A DNA stretch of 64,000 bases, taken from contig NC_091288.1 in the NCBI RefSeq assembly GCF_032444005.1, positions 168,516,001-168,580,000 of the forward strand, given 5' to 3'. The position numbers and the translations under genes are program-made. The notes under the pieces were generated by a model. It was given only the letters and a program-made list of their open reading frames with translations. It searched no databases and was not told the DNA's origin. This DNA comes from Ranitomeya imitator. Lineage: Eukaryota. Within the stretch, counting starts at the first letter, position 1. Each line of letters starts with the position of its first letter. This document shows positions 9,930-23,400 of this stretch, one piece after another.

Positions 9930-10685
9930 AATTACTAGAAAACATACAGCGGTCCAGAAAAATTATTTATTTGGCCTATAAATGGCAATGATATGGATTA
10001 TGCCAATTATTTATTTGCAACACTAAAAGAAAACACACAGCAGGCCAGAAAAATTATTACTTTGACCTACACAAGGCAATGAGAAGACTGATGCCAATTA
10101 TTTATTTGCAATACTACTAGAAAACACCCAGCGGTTCAGAAAATGTATTTGTTTGTCATACAAATAGCAACGAGATGGCTGATTCTAATTATTTAATTCT
10201 TAGGCTACTAGCAAACACAAAGCGGTCTAGAAAAATTATTTATTTTGCTTACAAATGGCAACAATATGGCTGATGCCAACTATATATTTGCAACACTACT
10301 AGACAACACACAGAAGTCCTGAAAAATTGGTTATTTGGCCTACAAATGGTGACAAAATGGCTGATGCCAATTATTTATTTCTTAGACAACTAAAAAAAAC
10401 TCTGTGGCCCAGAACAATAATTTGATTGGCCTGCAAATTTCAATAAGATGGCTGATTACAATTATTTATTTCTTAGACTACTAGAAAACACAAAGTGGTC
10501 CAGAAAAATTATTTGTTTGGCCTGCAAATGGCAACAGTAAGGCTGATGCCAATTATTTATTTCCCAGACTACTAGTAAACACACATTGGTCCTGAAAAAT
10601 TATTTATTTGGCCTACAAATGTCAGCAAGATGTCTGATGTGATGTATGTATTTGCAACAATACTAGAAAACACACAGTGGTCCCT
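9930..10685 (+). repeat. ~90-bp tandem repeat, about 9 diverged copies, inside a hAT-type non-autonomous element whose right TIR (TTCGCTCATCCCTA) is at ~10976-10989
   Basis: Recurring CTAGAAAACACACAGYGGTCCAGAAAAATTATTTATTTGGCCTACAAATGGCAAC..GATGGCTGATGCCAATTATTT at ~90-bp spacing. Confidence 0.85.
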
Positions 10686-11262
10686 CAGGTAGGGACAGAG
10701 TGCATTAAACACATAGTACTAACACAAGGTGGGGTGCAGAGTACGCACAGCGGCATAAAGGCTGGATCAAATGGTGCGCCTGCCAGTCACAGCCATGTCA
10801 ATACTTGGCATGGTTGTGATGATTTAAGAAGAGCCCACAGTCTAAAAGTTTGTTGATTGACTGAGCTGCAACCTTTCAACATGCTTTATTAGTCTGGCAA
10901 ACCTGAACACAATGCTTGATATGTTCGGTTCCGCACACTGGGTGCCTGGTACGGTCACCAAACTTTACCATTCCGGTTCGCTCATCCCTACTCATGATCA
11001 TAGCACGCTGACCTCATTGGTATGAGACTGGTTGAGTCTTGTGTTCATTATCAAAGATAGTATACTCACTGCATATATAGAGAGAGTTTTTTATTCTGCC
11101 ATTCCTTACATTATGTGTTTAGACCCAGGCCTCTACATTCTTGAGTCCTCACCTCCAAATTTTAATACTTTTGTACTTAATTTCTCGTTTTTGTGTTTCT
11201 CAATAAAATGTTATTGATTATTATCGATGATAGATTCATGATGCCATGATTTTTGTAGGATT

Positions 11263-11477
11263 TATATAGTTTTGTGAGAAAAGATTCAGCATAACCTGTT
11301 ATTTATTATTTAATCCTCCGCTCTTTCTAGATTTTTGGTCCAGTGGGTGTAAAAGACTAAATCACAGGTTATTCTGAATGTTTTCTCACAAAATTATATA
11401 TCAATCTTCTCAGTTCCCCTCTTCTATAACATGCCTGAAGATTGGATTACATTTTCATGCTGACAGGTTCCTATTAA
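11263..11477. mobile_element. T2/Kolobok-type MITE remnant with an internal inverted repeat
   Basis: IR 11263-11299 / 11364-11400; terminal TGACAGGTTCCTATTAA at 11461-11477. Confidence 0.55.
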
Positions 11478-12338
11478 TTTTTCTCATTATTTAGTTTTAG
11501 CCATCAAATATTTTTAGGCGAAAATACAACAAAACACAACAATGTGTAAAAATCCCATAATCATAACTTAGAAGTATAGCGTAAGTAGATATTTGCAGTT
11601 ATTGAGGTTAAAACACTATTCAGGGATATTTCAGTACAAAAATAATACAATGAAGCTTGTGCTTGCTGCAGTGTTCACCTTTAAACTATGATGGGTCGGC
11701 TGTCCTGTTAAATATTCCCTCTCAGCGCAGACATGAGCTTATTATGAAGCAGAACGTGACAACTCCACTGAGTAAACTGCATTTGTCACAAATGTTTCTC
11801 ATTTTCCTTCACAAATCATTTCTGTCAGCGCTGTAACTCTGAGCTCTGAATACGACCATTTACAATTTGAATAGGATCTAATGGAAAGCCATCTGGTGGG
11901 GTAGAAAGCAAATATAAATGTACCACCATCAAAAGCAAAAAAATAAATCAGCACAGGCTGTTTCTGAATCAGACCCATGTCTTAAGGGCAGGAAAATGTC
12001 TACAGTTTGCCATCTAGAATTCAGGCATATTGCCTACTTGTCTTCACTGTCTATTATATGGTAATAGCAATTTCCAAGAATATATATTGACAATCTATCC
12101 TTAGAAATGAGAGAATATATTCGATTGGAAATGAATAATACTGAAATTTTACAAAAATCTGTATTTGCCAAAAAGTGAATTTTGTGTAATTCATTTTTAG
12201 CGTGGATTCAGCACAATGGTGGCCACTGGCCGCCATTTAAACTGAACTGTAAAGGGCAGCTAAAAGGTTAAAAAATGTTAAAAAAATCTTTATACTGTCA
12301 CCTCACCCCTTACCTTTCCTGCAGTATCGTTCATCACT

Positions 12339-12560
12339 AGGGTTGAGCGAAACGGGTCGGCCATTTTCAGAAGTCGCCGACTTTTGGCAAAGTCGGGTTT
12401 CATGAAACCCGACCCCTGTGTGCGGTCGGCCATGAAGTCGGCGATCTTCTGAACTGGAATCGGAACTCCGATACCGATTCCCGATATGTTTAGGATATCG
12501 GGAATTGGTATCGGAATTCAGATTTAAGTGTAAAATAAAGAATAAAAATAAAAAATAATG
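12339..12560. mobile_element. Truncated arm of the hAT MITE family seen complete at 57364-58322
   Basis: Starts TAGGGTTGAGCGAAACGGGTCGGCC; reverse complement of ~58100-58322. Confidence 0.85.
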
Positions 12561-12599
12561 GAAGGAGTGCTATTTGACACTTGGAGAACAAATTATCAT

Positions 12600-14850
12600 A
12601 TAATAGTTTGCGGGCTCCATATACAGGGCTCCTAAGTGCCAGAAGTACAGAATCCCCGTTCAAGTGACCCCATTTTGGAAACTACATCCCTCTGGGAATT
12701 TTCTGGAGATATGTACCCATAAATCAAGCAGGCTCTCATTGCTACAGAAATGCCAAACATGGATTCTAACTGTGATTTAAGCACACTATGTGGCTCTGAA
12801 GGGAGGATTGTATTTTGATTTGGGAATGCAAAATTTGCTGGATTTCTTTTTAGGGGACAAGGAGCCATTTTGCTTTTCCATAGCCTTTGTACTTCAAGTA
12901 ATGTGGAAGCCCTCTATATTTCTATTAACAGATGATGGACCTGAGTGGGGACTTGTTTTTTTGTGTATTGAGTTTAATCTTTTATTTTGAACATTTTACA
13001 TAATATTTTGCATCTCATCCTGCGCTCTACACTGAGATTTCCATCTAAACCTCGGAATAACATGATTTAGATGAAACCCCCAATCAATCTATTCATTTTA
13101 ATGGTACAGCAGAGTTACTTTAGACTCGGCCTGGTCTCTGTTCAATGGTGTCCTTCTTTTCACAGATGCACAAAACTGTTGTAGACCATGCTTATAAAGA
13201 AAGACACATCCAGATCATAGAACAAAGGTCACCCATCTCATTATAACGAATCTTCTGCTAGGGGTTACTTCTAGATTGTGTATTTCAGATATTTACATGG
13301 AAACTCAGCGGAGAGCAAAGGATAAATGTGAGCCGAGCTTAACTGCAATCTTTGGGAGGCAGAATGAACAAATCAACAGCAGGTGAAGAATTGTTTTTAT
13401 TTATTTTTTATGACATTCGTCATGCAGCATAAGAAATTAGACGACTTTATTCCTCGGATGTGATTACAGAGATACCAGAATTATAGCAGTGTTGTATGTT
13501 TGGTTGCTATCACATGCTAAAAAACTTTTTTTGGAAAACAAAGTTTTTGTATAGCCATATTTTGAGAGCTATACCTTCTCTATATTTGTGACAACAGAAT
13601 TATGTGAGGGCTTGTGTTAGGCACTGGGATTCTCCCACTGCTCAGGATGGATCGCCCCTGCGGTCTCCCATCCAGCTTCAACCATTGTGAGTGCTGCTCA
13701 GCAAGGATGTTGGGCCCAGTGCCATGCCCAGGCTCCTGCTGTATGTTTAGTTATTGTTGGTTCTCCTGCTAAGCCTATGGTGACTACTGGTATACACGTG
13801 CAGCGTTATGCTCTGGAGCCAAAGTCCAGATTTCACCCTACTGAGCATGTCCATGATGTGGTGCCTTCTCATTGGTGCTCGGATGTCAGCTGCTCTGGTG
13901 ATGTGGCAGCTTCAGATTGGTCCACAGGCAAGGTCCTTTCTGTCTGGACTTGAGCTTAAGGTATAAAAGATTTTCAGTGGCGCACGTCAGTGCGCTAGTA
14001 TCAACTTATGTTCATGTGTGTATGAACTATGCTACTGTGTGGTCTGTGTCAGCATGTGCTCAGGGTCGGCTGAAAGCCACTAGAATTCCAGCACCTCCGG
14101 AGAGGAGTTGTTTTGAGTGCTGTTGCTAACTGTATGACCACTGTATGCTACCTGCTCCGTTCCCTGTGAGGTTAACAGGGATTGTTTCTAGCATCATATC
14201 TTTTGTTACTCTGTGCGAGTGACACTGTTCTATTGCAGAGCATATGCTCCGTTAATGTGTGCGAGTGACACAGCTCAATTGCAGAGCATGTGCTTCATTA
14301 CTGTGTGCGAGTGACCCTACTGCATGTGCTGTTCACTGAGTGCCTTCTAACTCAGTGCGATCTAGCAACCTCTCACTGTGTTTTCTACCATTGTTCACAT
14401 TAGCTACAGTTTTACATCTCTTCTCGGTGGAACCCGGGTGGCGAATACACTTTATTATTATATTTTATTTAGTGCATTCTGCCAACTCTAACAGCTTGTT
14501 TTTTGCGCAAAGAGTTCATGTATTTATTTCGTTTTCATAACAGTTTTTTAATCGCTTCCTAATCCGACATTTGGGAAGCAGAATGAACAAACATCAGCAA
14601 TTCAAGAATTGCTTTTTCTGTTTTTAATGCCGTTCTCCGTGTGGTAAAAGTGATAAGACAATTTTGTTTGTTGGGTCAGTACGATTACAGTGATACTACA
14701 TTTGTATACTTTTTTCATGTTTTAGCGTTTTTACACAATAAAAGCTACTTTATTCTGGGAGATATACCTTTTTAATTTTTGCCTTTATGGAGCTATATCA
14801 TGGCTTTTTTTTTTGCAGGACAAGATGATGCTTTCAGTTATACCATTTTT
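12600..14850. mobile_element. Fragments of the piggyBac-like non-autonomous family seen at 62320-64000, interrupted by a solo-LTR-like insert
   Basis: CCCCATTTTGGAAACTACA resembles the reverse complement of ~62320-62340; GGCAGAATGAACAAA block repeated at ~13358 and ~14577. Family link rests on short matches. Confidence 0.45.
13615..14542 (+). mobile_element. Solo-LTR-like element
   Basis: TGTTA...TAACA termini; ATTGG and GGTATAAAAG ~13960; related fragment at ~33690-34170; no clean TSD. Confidence 0.55.
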
Positions 14851-14877
14851 ATTTACATTTACATTTTATCAATAAAG

Positions 14878-17800
14878 TATTACCACATTGTTTTACCCTC
14901 ACTCTGTGTTGTATGAGTAGTATTCTGCCCGTGGGGAAGGAGTGCAGGCATTCAGTGGGATGAGCCCTTGTCCATGCACTCTCCCTAAACATATACAGGC
15001 CAGCAGATAAGAGCACACACTTACACTTGTATCTCAACACACGTTGATGGCAGCGGTGAAATGCTACTCAGTCATGCGGATCTGGGGGAGCTGCAGGTAG
15101 GTGTTTGTAGACTCCATTCAAGGGTTCCACAACCAGGGAGGCATATAGACAGACCCAGCAGACCATAGGTGAGACGCAACAAGAAATTGAGACTCCAGGA
15201 GCTTCGACTGCAATACAGGGCCACCTACAGTTGGTCAGCTTGATCCAGGAATTGGTCCTTTGGGAGGACGATGAGTTTGACCACGAGGAATTCAACTGCC
15301 TGCCAAGTCAAAGATCAAGTGGCAGTCTGGAATCAAGTACTCTGTCCCAAGAAGCCTGAGTCCAGGATTTGTTAGTCGCATTGGGAACCAGAGGTTCAAG
15401 CAGGAGAAGGAGCTGGAGTTGTACTATTTGTATGGGTGGAACCATACCACTGAGCAGAAGAATCATGGGGGAGGCAGGGCCACACTCTGTGCCTTCATCA
15501 GCTTCCAGGAACCAATGTATGCGGAAGACGACATATATGGACGCAATGGATACAAGTTTGTTTCTCGACAATTACCTGAGGAGTTACATAGGTCAAGCTG
15601 AGGACCAGGATAAGGATGATCAGAAGCCTATCACATCTGGTTAATTAAGATGAGGAAGAATGTGATGACACAGCATTTAATTTTAATTAGGCCAGACATA
15701 TTTTTCTTCGGTGGGTTAGGAGACATAGACTACTGTTCATATGAGCCTAAATATTGACTCTTAAATTGCTGTTTTTCCGTTCAGTTGGACAAAAGACATA
15801 AGCCATTATTCATATGAGTTTAAATGTTGACTCTTGAATTAATTTTTGTTTTCCCATTCTTGCAGGACAGGGATGCAGAGTCATTGAATAATCAATGTTT
15901 GCTAATATGTTGATTACCCATCGTATAGGTCCTTGTATCTTGTTGACCTGCAAACAGTAAAGGACATCCATATATATCCATCCAGAGGGATACAGATTTG
16001 AGAGATTCTACAGGATGCCAGTTGTTTAAGGGACCACAGCCCTAGTTGAAGGAAAACAGATCTGGATTCGGAGAAGCCTGATTGGGACCATCCAGTCACC
16101 TGGCCCCAAGGAGACATTCAGAGAAGCCAGGTTGGGATAATAAAGTCACCCGGCCACGTACCTTAGTGGACTTATTGTTACCTCCTCTATGTGGGTGCCC
16201 ACAAAAAGTGGGGAGCCACTGATGGGATAGTCAGGCTTCTAAGCCCGAAAGTCGCAGCTGCTCCAATCCCAGTGAGCCAACAGAAGGATAAGACACTGTA
16301 ATTTGCATAATCTTACAGTACAGACCAAAAGTTTGGACACACCTTCTCAATTGAAGATTTTTCTGTATTTTCATGACTATGAAATTTGTAAATTCACACT
16401 GAAGGCATCAAAACTATGAATTAACACATGTGGAATTATATACTTAACAAAAAAGTGTGAAGCAACTGAAAATATGTCTTATATTCTAGGTTCTTCAAAG
16501 TAGCCACCTTTTGCTTTGATGACTGCTTTGCACACTCTTGGCATTCTCTTGATGGGCTTCAAGAGGTAGTGACCAGAAATGGTCTTCCAACAATCTTGAA
16601 GGAGTTCCCAGAGATGCTTAGCACTTGTTGGCCCTTTTGCCTTCACTCTGCGGTCCAGCTCACCCCAAACCATCTCGATTGGGTTCAGGTCGAATGACTG
16701 TAGAGGCCAGGTCATCTGGCGTAGCACCCTATCACACTCCTTGGTCAAATAGCCCTTACACAGCCTAGAGCTGTGTTTGGGGTCATTGTCCTGTTGAAAT
16801 ATAAATGATGATCCAACTAAAAGCAAACCGGATGGAATAGCATGCCGCTGCAAGATGCTGTGGTAGCCATGCTGGTTCAGTATGCCTTCAATTTTGAATA
16901 AATCCCCAACAGTGTCAATAGCAAAGCACCCCCACACCATCACACCTCCTCCATGCTTAACGGTGGGAACCAGGCATGTAGAGCCCATCCGTTCACCTTT
17001 TCTGCGCCGCACAAAGACATGGTGGTTGAAACCAAAGATCTCAAATTTGGACTCATCAGACCAAAGCACAGCTTTCCACTGGTCTGATGTCTATTCCTTG
17101 TGTTCTTTAGCTCAAAAAAGTGTTTTCTGCTTGTTGCCTGTCCTTAGCAGTGGTTTCCTAGCAGCTATTTTACCATGAAGGCCTGCTGCACAAAGTCTCC
17201 TCTTAACAGTTGTTGTAGAGATGTGTCTGCTGCTATAACTCTGTGTGGCATTGACCTGGTCTCTAATCTGAGCTGCTGTTAACCTGCAATTTCTGAGGCT
17301 GGTGACTCAGATAAACTTATCCTCAGAAGCAGAGGTGACTCTCGGTCTTCCTTTCCTGGGGCGGTCCGCATGTGAGCCAGTTTCTTTGTAGCGCTTGATG
17401 GTTTTTGCAACTGCACTTGGGGAAACTTTCAAAGTTTTCACAATTTTTCAGACTGACTGACCTTCATTTCTTAAAATAATGATGGCCACTCCTTTTTCTT
17501 TACTTAGCTGCTTTTTTCTTGCAATAATACAGATTCTAACAGTCTATTCAGTAGGACTATCAGCTGTGTATCCACCAGACTTCTGCTCAACACAACTGAT
17601 GGTCCCAACCCCATTTATTAGGCAAGAAATCCCACTTATTAAACCTGACAGGGCACACCTGTGAAGTGAAAATTATTTCTGTTGACTACCTCTTGAAGCT
17701 CATCAAGAGAATGCCAAGAGTGTGCACAGCAGCCATTAAAGCAAAAGGTGGATTCTTTGAAGAACCTAGAATATAAGACATATTTTCAGTTGTTTCACAC

Positions 17801-18157
17801 TTTTTTGTTAAGTATATAATTCCACATCTGTTAATTCATAGTTTTGATGCCTTCAGTGTGAATTTACAATTTTCATAGTCATGAAAGTACAGAAAAATCT
17901 TTAAATGAGAAGGTTTGTCCAAACTTTTGATCTGCACTGTATGTATTTGCTGGGACTGTACTATATGTTATTGTCTGTTGGTGGTTCAAAAAAGTATTGC
18001 AGTGCTGTTTTATTCTCACCCTCTGTTGTCTGAGTAGTATTCTGCCAACAGGGAAGGAGTGTGAGTGTTCAGCAGGATTAGCCTTGGTCCATGTAGTCTT
18101 TCTAAAGACAGCCAGGCCAGCAGAAAAGACCACCCATTGACCATCGTGTCTCAACAA
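14878..18157 (+). mobile_element. Old, internally deleted LTR retroelement (tRNA-Leu PBS, gag-like remnant, PPT) with Tc1 inserted in its 3' LTR
   Basis: ~160-bp diverged direct repeats 14878-15039 / 17995-18157 ending TCTCAACA; TGATGGCAGCGGTG at 15045-15058 (one mismatch to a tRNA-Leu PBS); purine tract AAAAAGTGGGGAG ~16203-16215. Confidence 0.55.
16316..17939 (-). mobile_element. Tc1/mariner element with long (~250 bp) TIRs; transposase is a pseudogene
   Basis: TA flanks at 16314-15 and 17940-41; TIR CAGTRCAGAYCAAAAGTTTGGACA; WSDESKFE, FQQDNDPKH and DLNPIE in ORF 16479..17069; the N-terminal part has a lost start codon and stops. Confidence 0.95.
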
Positions 18158-18544
18158 GCACAATCCTTCGAAGATCGATCTGCTCATCTCTAGTCATTAT
18201 TATATTTTGCCATTGATTTGTATATGGATGTTAGAGTGCTATTCTATTTAGTTTGTATTGTCACATCAGTCGGCACTTAGCATGTGAGCTGTCATTTATC
18301 TTACGGTTTAGATTTATGTCTCTAAGTTATGCAGCTGTTGTTTTCCTCTGTTCTGCATGTTTTATGAACAAACAGAATTAGATTGGTGAATTGGTCCTAA
18401 TCATTTCCCCATAGTAGTGTAATTCCTTATATTAATATTTAATTTATGTTCAGAGGTCTCATGATTATATATAAATGATATAAAGTACACAACACCAAAG
18501 TGACAAAGTCACTAATAAATGAACATTATATGCGTGAGTATTCA

Positions 18545-19215
18545 CTATTACACATAAATCCTACTAAAAAAATGTATAACACAAAAGTATTCAATAGGAG
18601 CACATATTTTTATTAATACATACTGTAAGGATAAAATCCATATATTTATAAGAACAGTAAATGGACATTTTGGAGGGGATAAAATGTTCTATATAGGAAA
18701 ATCACAGGAAAATGTATAAGAAGCGGGCATAAAAAATAGATGGCATTAACCCTAAATGGTGCGACCAAATGACTGATATGAATACAATAGTAAGGTATAC
18801 TCCTTGAGAAAGCCACCTGGCGAAACGTACGTTGGAGTCCCTGAGTGCTTGTATTTGGTAACTTATCTTCCCCATACTATTTTGTACTGTTATGGTGTAT
18901 GTATAGGATTATTTATGCTTTTATCCACTGGGATTTACTATTTATTGTTATATATTATCATATGGACCTTGCTATTGTATTCATACCTGTCATTTGGCAG
19001 CAGAATTGAGGACTAATGCCATCTGTTGATTAATCCAATTCCTTATATGTTTTCCTGTGATTTCCCTGTATATGACTTTTTATTCCCTCCAAAATGTTCT
19101 TTTACTGTTCTTAAAAAAATATCTGAATTTTATCCTTATGTAATAATAAAAATATGTGCTTTTATTGATTTGTTTTGTGTTTATTCTCTTTTTTTGTAGT
19201 AGGATTTAAATTACA
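18545..19215 (+). mobile_element. Old palindromic PLE terminal fragment: ~250-bp diverged inverted arms around a hammerhead-bearing core
   Basis: 18545-18796 is a diverged reverse complement of 18965-19215; hammerhead motif at 18799-18838. Confidence 0.7.
18799..18838 (+). ncRNA. Minimal type I hammerhead motif with U3:A8 core
   Basis: Stem I ACUCC/GGAGU, UUGAGAA-A, stem II GCCA/UGGC, GAAAC-GUAC-GU-U; palindrome AACGTACGTT. Confidence 0.75.
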
Positions 19216-21950
19216 TAAAGTACCAAACTATAATGTGTAGTGTAAACTCACTAACATACTGTTACGCTTTTGCCATGTTATGACAATATCTATTTATGAT
19301 TACAATATTGGAGTTGGTGGCTCACGAGTGACAAAATACAATATACTACGTGCATTCATTTGCGGCAACACTCCCAGGACAGTGTAATTCAAAATTACAC
19401 TACAACTAATCGGCTTTTCGGCTAGCCATCCCATAAAAATTAAGTTTATCATTACCTGTCATGTGATGTGATGTTGAAAATATAGTCAGTAAAGATGAAC
19501 GGATAAGGCAAAATTTGAATTTTCCTTTGCGTGATTTTTCACAAGAAATTCGATTTCCTGAAAAGTTATTCTCTGCAAATTAAAGTTCCTTGTTATGCTC
19601 TATGATCGCTCGAGATCCCAGAGCATAATACACATAAGGTGTAGAATATAAAAATACTTATAATCACCTCTCCATCCCCTCCAATTCTTGACTCGTTTTC
19701 TGATTGCCAGGGCCTCTTCACGCTAGGCCAGGACTTATGGCTCTGATGAGGCCTAGAAGGATTCATAACAAGTGCTCTGAAGGTCATAGCGAACGTCTCA
19801 AAAACATTACCATTTGTGCAGTGACTTTGTATGAGTATGTACAGAATCATGCCTCATCAGAGCTGGGAGACCCAACCTAGCGTGCAGAAGACTTCAGTGC
19901 CACTGGCGATGATTAGAAGACGCAATAATGAGTGGACGGGTGACAATGAGGAGTTGAGGGACTGGAAGGATGAGCAGTAAGGTATGGGTTACTTGATTTT
20001 AATCATTAGATGGCTCTTGATGAATCAGAAAAATGCAATTAGAGGCCACCATTTTGCTGAATCCGTGAATTACAATACAAGAATGTCGTCAGGCTTTACC
20101 GCACTTCTTCTAGCCATATTAGCAATTAGCAAAACTGCAGGCCGTATTCTACAGAAATTATGTAGTCCACTCGAGAGTTCACTGGTTCACTGACGGATGT
20201 CCTGTACATGTCCTGTGTATGTCAAGTATATTTGCTAAAATGATAATTATTCTAAGTCAAAGCCAACATTTATTCTAGACATACAAGAAAATGAAACCTA
20301 AAATAAATAATAACATTTAGTGACAAAGACAAGCAAGATATAGTAGGGAGTCAAAATGACTCCCTTTTGTAATTAAACGTAAATTTTGAAAAAAAAGGTA
20401 CTCTTTTCTTTTTTTTTTAATTATTTATTGTCACAAAATCTTTTTTCGCATCTTAAATGAGTAAAATTCACCAAGTCTCAAGCCGGAATTTGGAAAAATG
20501 TAGTCACAGAAAAGAAATAAAAATTGCGAGGCGTCAAAATGACTCCATCGGTAGTTCTAGTGTTAAAGTAGCCTGTAACTTGTCTGGACAGTTCCTATAA
20601 AAAGGCTCCAAATGTATTCAAACAGTTCATTCTTGTATATTAGTAGAGTACCATTATAGTGTTTGTATTTTTAATATCCATGATTGCATAAATGGTAATT
20701 GATAAGACACTTGCAGGTAGATAGTGGTTGTGGGAGAACATATAGTACACGGCATCAACATCTTCCATATAGACTGTACAGAGGTCTTTTGGGGGAAACT
20801 TCAGTGACAGCAAGAGTTTAAATTCTCTGCAATGTCTCAGATTCAGATTATATGAAGCAGCAATTTGAGATTAAAAAAGGGAATGGTTCCCAAAGGAAGG
20901 AGAATGAAAAATGTATCTCATTTTGATTTCAAATAACTCTCCTTACCTTCCCCCTCTCTTTGCTTAACTGCAAAAAATAAAGGTCAAAACTGTGTTGAAA
21001 AGATGACTTGTAAATCCAGCCTAAGGGCATGTGCACACATTGTATTACACATTAGTAATCTGTGGCCAATACCATTTTACGCCTTACATCTTATACTATT
21101 TTATTATTTAGAATCAGAATATGAAAGTGTCCTCTCTAAGTATTGCTGCTAGAGGAGATTGCAAAGCATTAAACAGGCACCATATAATGGCAAACATAGT
21201 GACTATGACTTGGTCATACATGAACATGAAGACATAGGACTTTACTTTCTGCATGAGATCTATTCTGTTAAAATTTAGGGCAGGTGGTCAAGATCTGTCC
21301 TATTCTAAAAGGGAAAAAAAACAACTCGTCAGTTAAGTCAGTTTCACAAATCCATGTTTTACAGTACAATTTTGGCTGGCGATGCTCTGACTGGCCCTGG
21401 ACTTCTGATCCAAACTCAACAGCCAGTGGAATATTGAGTTTGGATTTTGATACCTTGGCTGGTTCATGGTATATACTCAGATCATGAAACATGGATTTAT
21501 GAAATTGGCATTAGGCTCCTATGGGGCAGGTAATGAAGCACTGCACAAAAGTAATTTTTTATAGGAGCCCGGCGAAAAACTAGTAATGATGGTAATTTTC
21601 ACATTCAAAAGTAGCCTACAAAGAGTCCTAATGACAAATTTAGGCTTGCTAAATCTCTAAATGTGTCATATTTGGAACAAATGTTCGCTTTCTCCAAATA
21701 TGAATGGATCATGGACTTTTTCAAATATGAAGACAAGCGATGTTCTTTATTTGGATTCTAATGAATATTCTCATAGGACATTTTCCAATTTTTCCATTAT
21801 GAATGCCCAAAGTATTCGATTTGATACAACACTGAATAAAATACTTCATTGAATTATGTACTTCGCCTTATGGCCCTATAACTTTGCTTTTAGCCTAGGA
21901 CACATTTGAATTATATTTTTGCTTTGCCCGCATAACTTGGACATTCTCAG

Positions 21951-21952
<2 letters not shown>

Positions 21953-21997
<45 letters not shown>
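21953..21997. repeat. (TA)n microsatellite
   Basis: Directly visible. Confidence 0.95.
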
Positions 21998-21998
<1 letters not shown>

Positions 21999-22199
21999 TG
22001 GTAGTATCTTTGGATATGGGGTTGAAGTGTGAATTTACATGTATATATCAATATATTGTGGTGAATGTATTCATCATTAATAGCAATACTCTCTGATTGC
22101 AGATTGGTTGTTTGACCAACCTCATTTGGCATTCCTTCCAGCTTTGTGCATAAAGTAGTTTTGAATATCAGACTTTTTTGCCGAAATTCAGCTATTTAG

Positions 22200-22991
22200 A
22201 GTAACCAGCTATTTATTAGAATCCGTCCTTTCCTCAACCCTCAATCTACTAAAATGATTGTGCATGACCTCATCATCTCCCGCCTCGACTTCTGCAACAT
22301 CCTTTTCTGTGCCTTCCCTGCTAACACTCTCACACCTCTTCAGTCCATCCTTAACTCTGCTGCCGATCTAATTCATGTCTCTCCTCGCTACTCCTCCGCT
22401 TTCCCCCTCTGCAAAGCGCTTCACTGGCTCCCATTCCCTCAGCGTATCCAGTTCAAATTACTAATACTGACCTACAAAGCCATCCATATCCTGTCTCCTC
22501 CATATATCTCTGAACTAATCTCCCGATATCTTCCCTCACATAACCTCCGGTCCTCCCAAGACCTCCTTCTCTCCTCCACACTTATTAGCTCCTCACCAAA
22601 TTGCTTCCAAGATTTCTCCCGAATATCCCCCATCCTCTGGAATTCTGTGCCCCAACTCATCCAACTATCAACCACATTCGGATCTTTCAGACCGAACCTG
22701 AAAACTCACCTCTTCAGGAAAGCTTAGAGCCTGCAATGACCCCACTGCCTCCTCACCACTACCGAAGCTACCGCCTCACCAACACGGGATCTGCCGCAAT
22801 CCCTCCAACCCATTGTCTCATTCCCCACCATCCTGTAGAATGTAAGCCCGCAAGGGCAGGGTCCTTCCCCTCTGTATCAGTCTGTCATTGTTAGTTTGCT
22901 TACTGTAAGTGATATCTGTAATTTGTATGTAACCCCTTCTCATGTACAGGACCATGGAATCAATGGTGCTATAGAAATAAATAATAATAAT
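22200..22991 (+). mobile_element. L2 (CR1/L2) LINE 3' fragment with RT C-terminus, 3' UTR and (AAT)n tail
   Basis: LIISRLDFCN..L.PLQSILNSAA..LHWLP..RIQFKLL.LTYKA; 3' motif TGTAGAATGTAAGCCCGCAAGGGCAGGG; AATAAA and (ATA)n end. Confidence 0.9.
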
Positions 22992-23330
22992 TTGTATGTC
23001 ATTATTTTCCTGGTGATAATCCTGATGTCTTCTACTTTTCATCTGGGATTTATGGGTTGTACAGGGAAGAACAAAAGGATAACAACATTGTGAACTTTTG
23101 ACTTTCATGTTTCATATCTCACCATCCACTACTACTTTGATAGTGAGATGACCATCATTTTATAGACAATCATCTTGGCTAGCTCCTACATAAATTTGAC
23201 TTGTCACTATTTAGTATATGATCAGTTATGCAGATTCTTCTTATGTCACTGCATTGATGTTTTGCTCCTGGTGGTAGAATTTTTTTTTCTTCCTGTATAC
23301 TCCAAAATACAACCTGTTTTCACATTCCCT

Positions 23331-23400
23331 GATAGCTCAGTGTATTGTTAGGTTTATTCCAAAGTGAAAGGTCATTGGTTCGAATCGTGAAGCGGCCTTG
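23331..23400 (+). other. tRNA-like head (A and B boxes), possibly a tRNA-derived SINE remnant
   Basis: TAGCTCAGTG at 23333-23342 and GGTTCGAATC at 23377-23386; no complete cloverleaf. Confidence 0.4.

Noticed and set aside
11680-11910. Non-repetitive-looking stretch (also ~38590-38850 and ~48900-49300) as a possible conserved enhancer
   Set aside because: Conservation cannot be judged without alignments; no intrinsic evidence.
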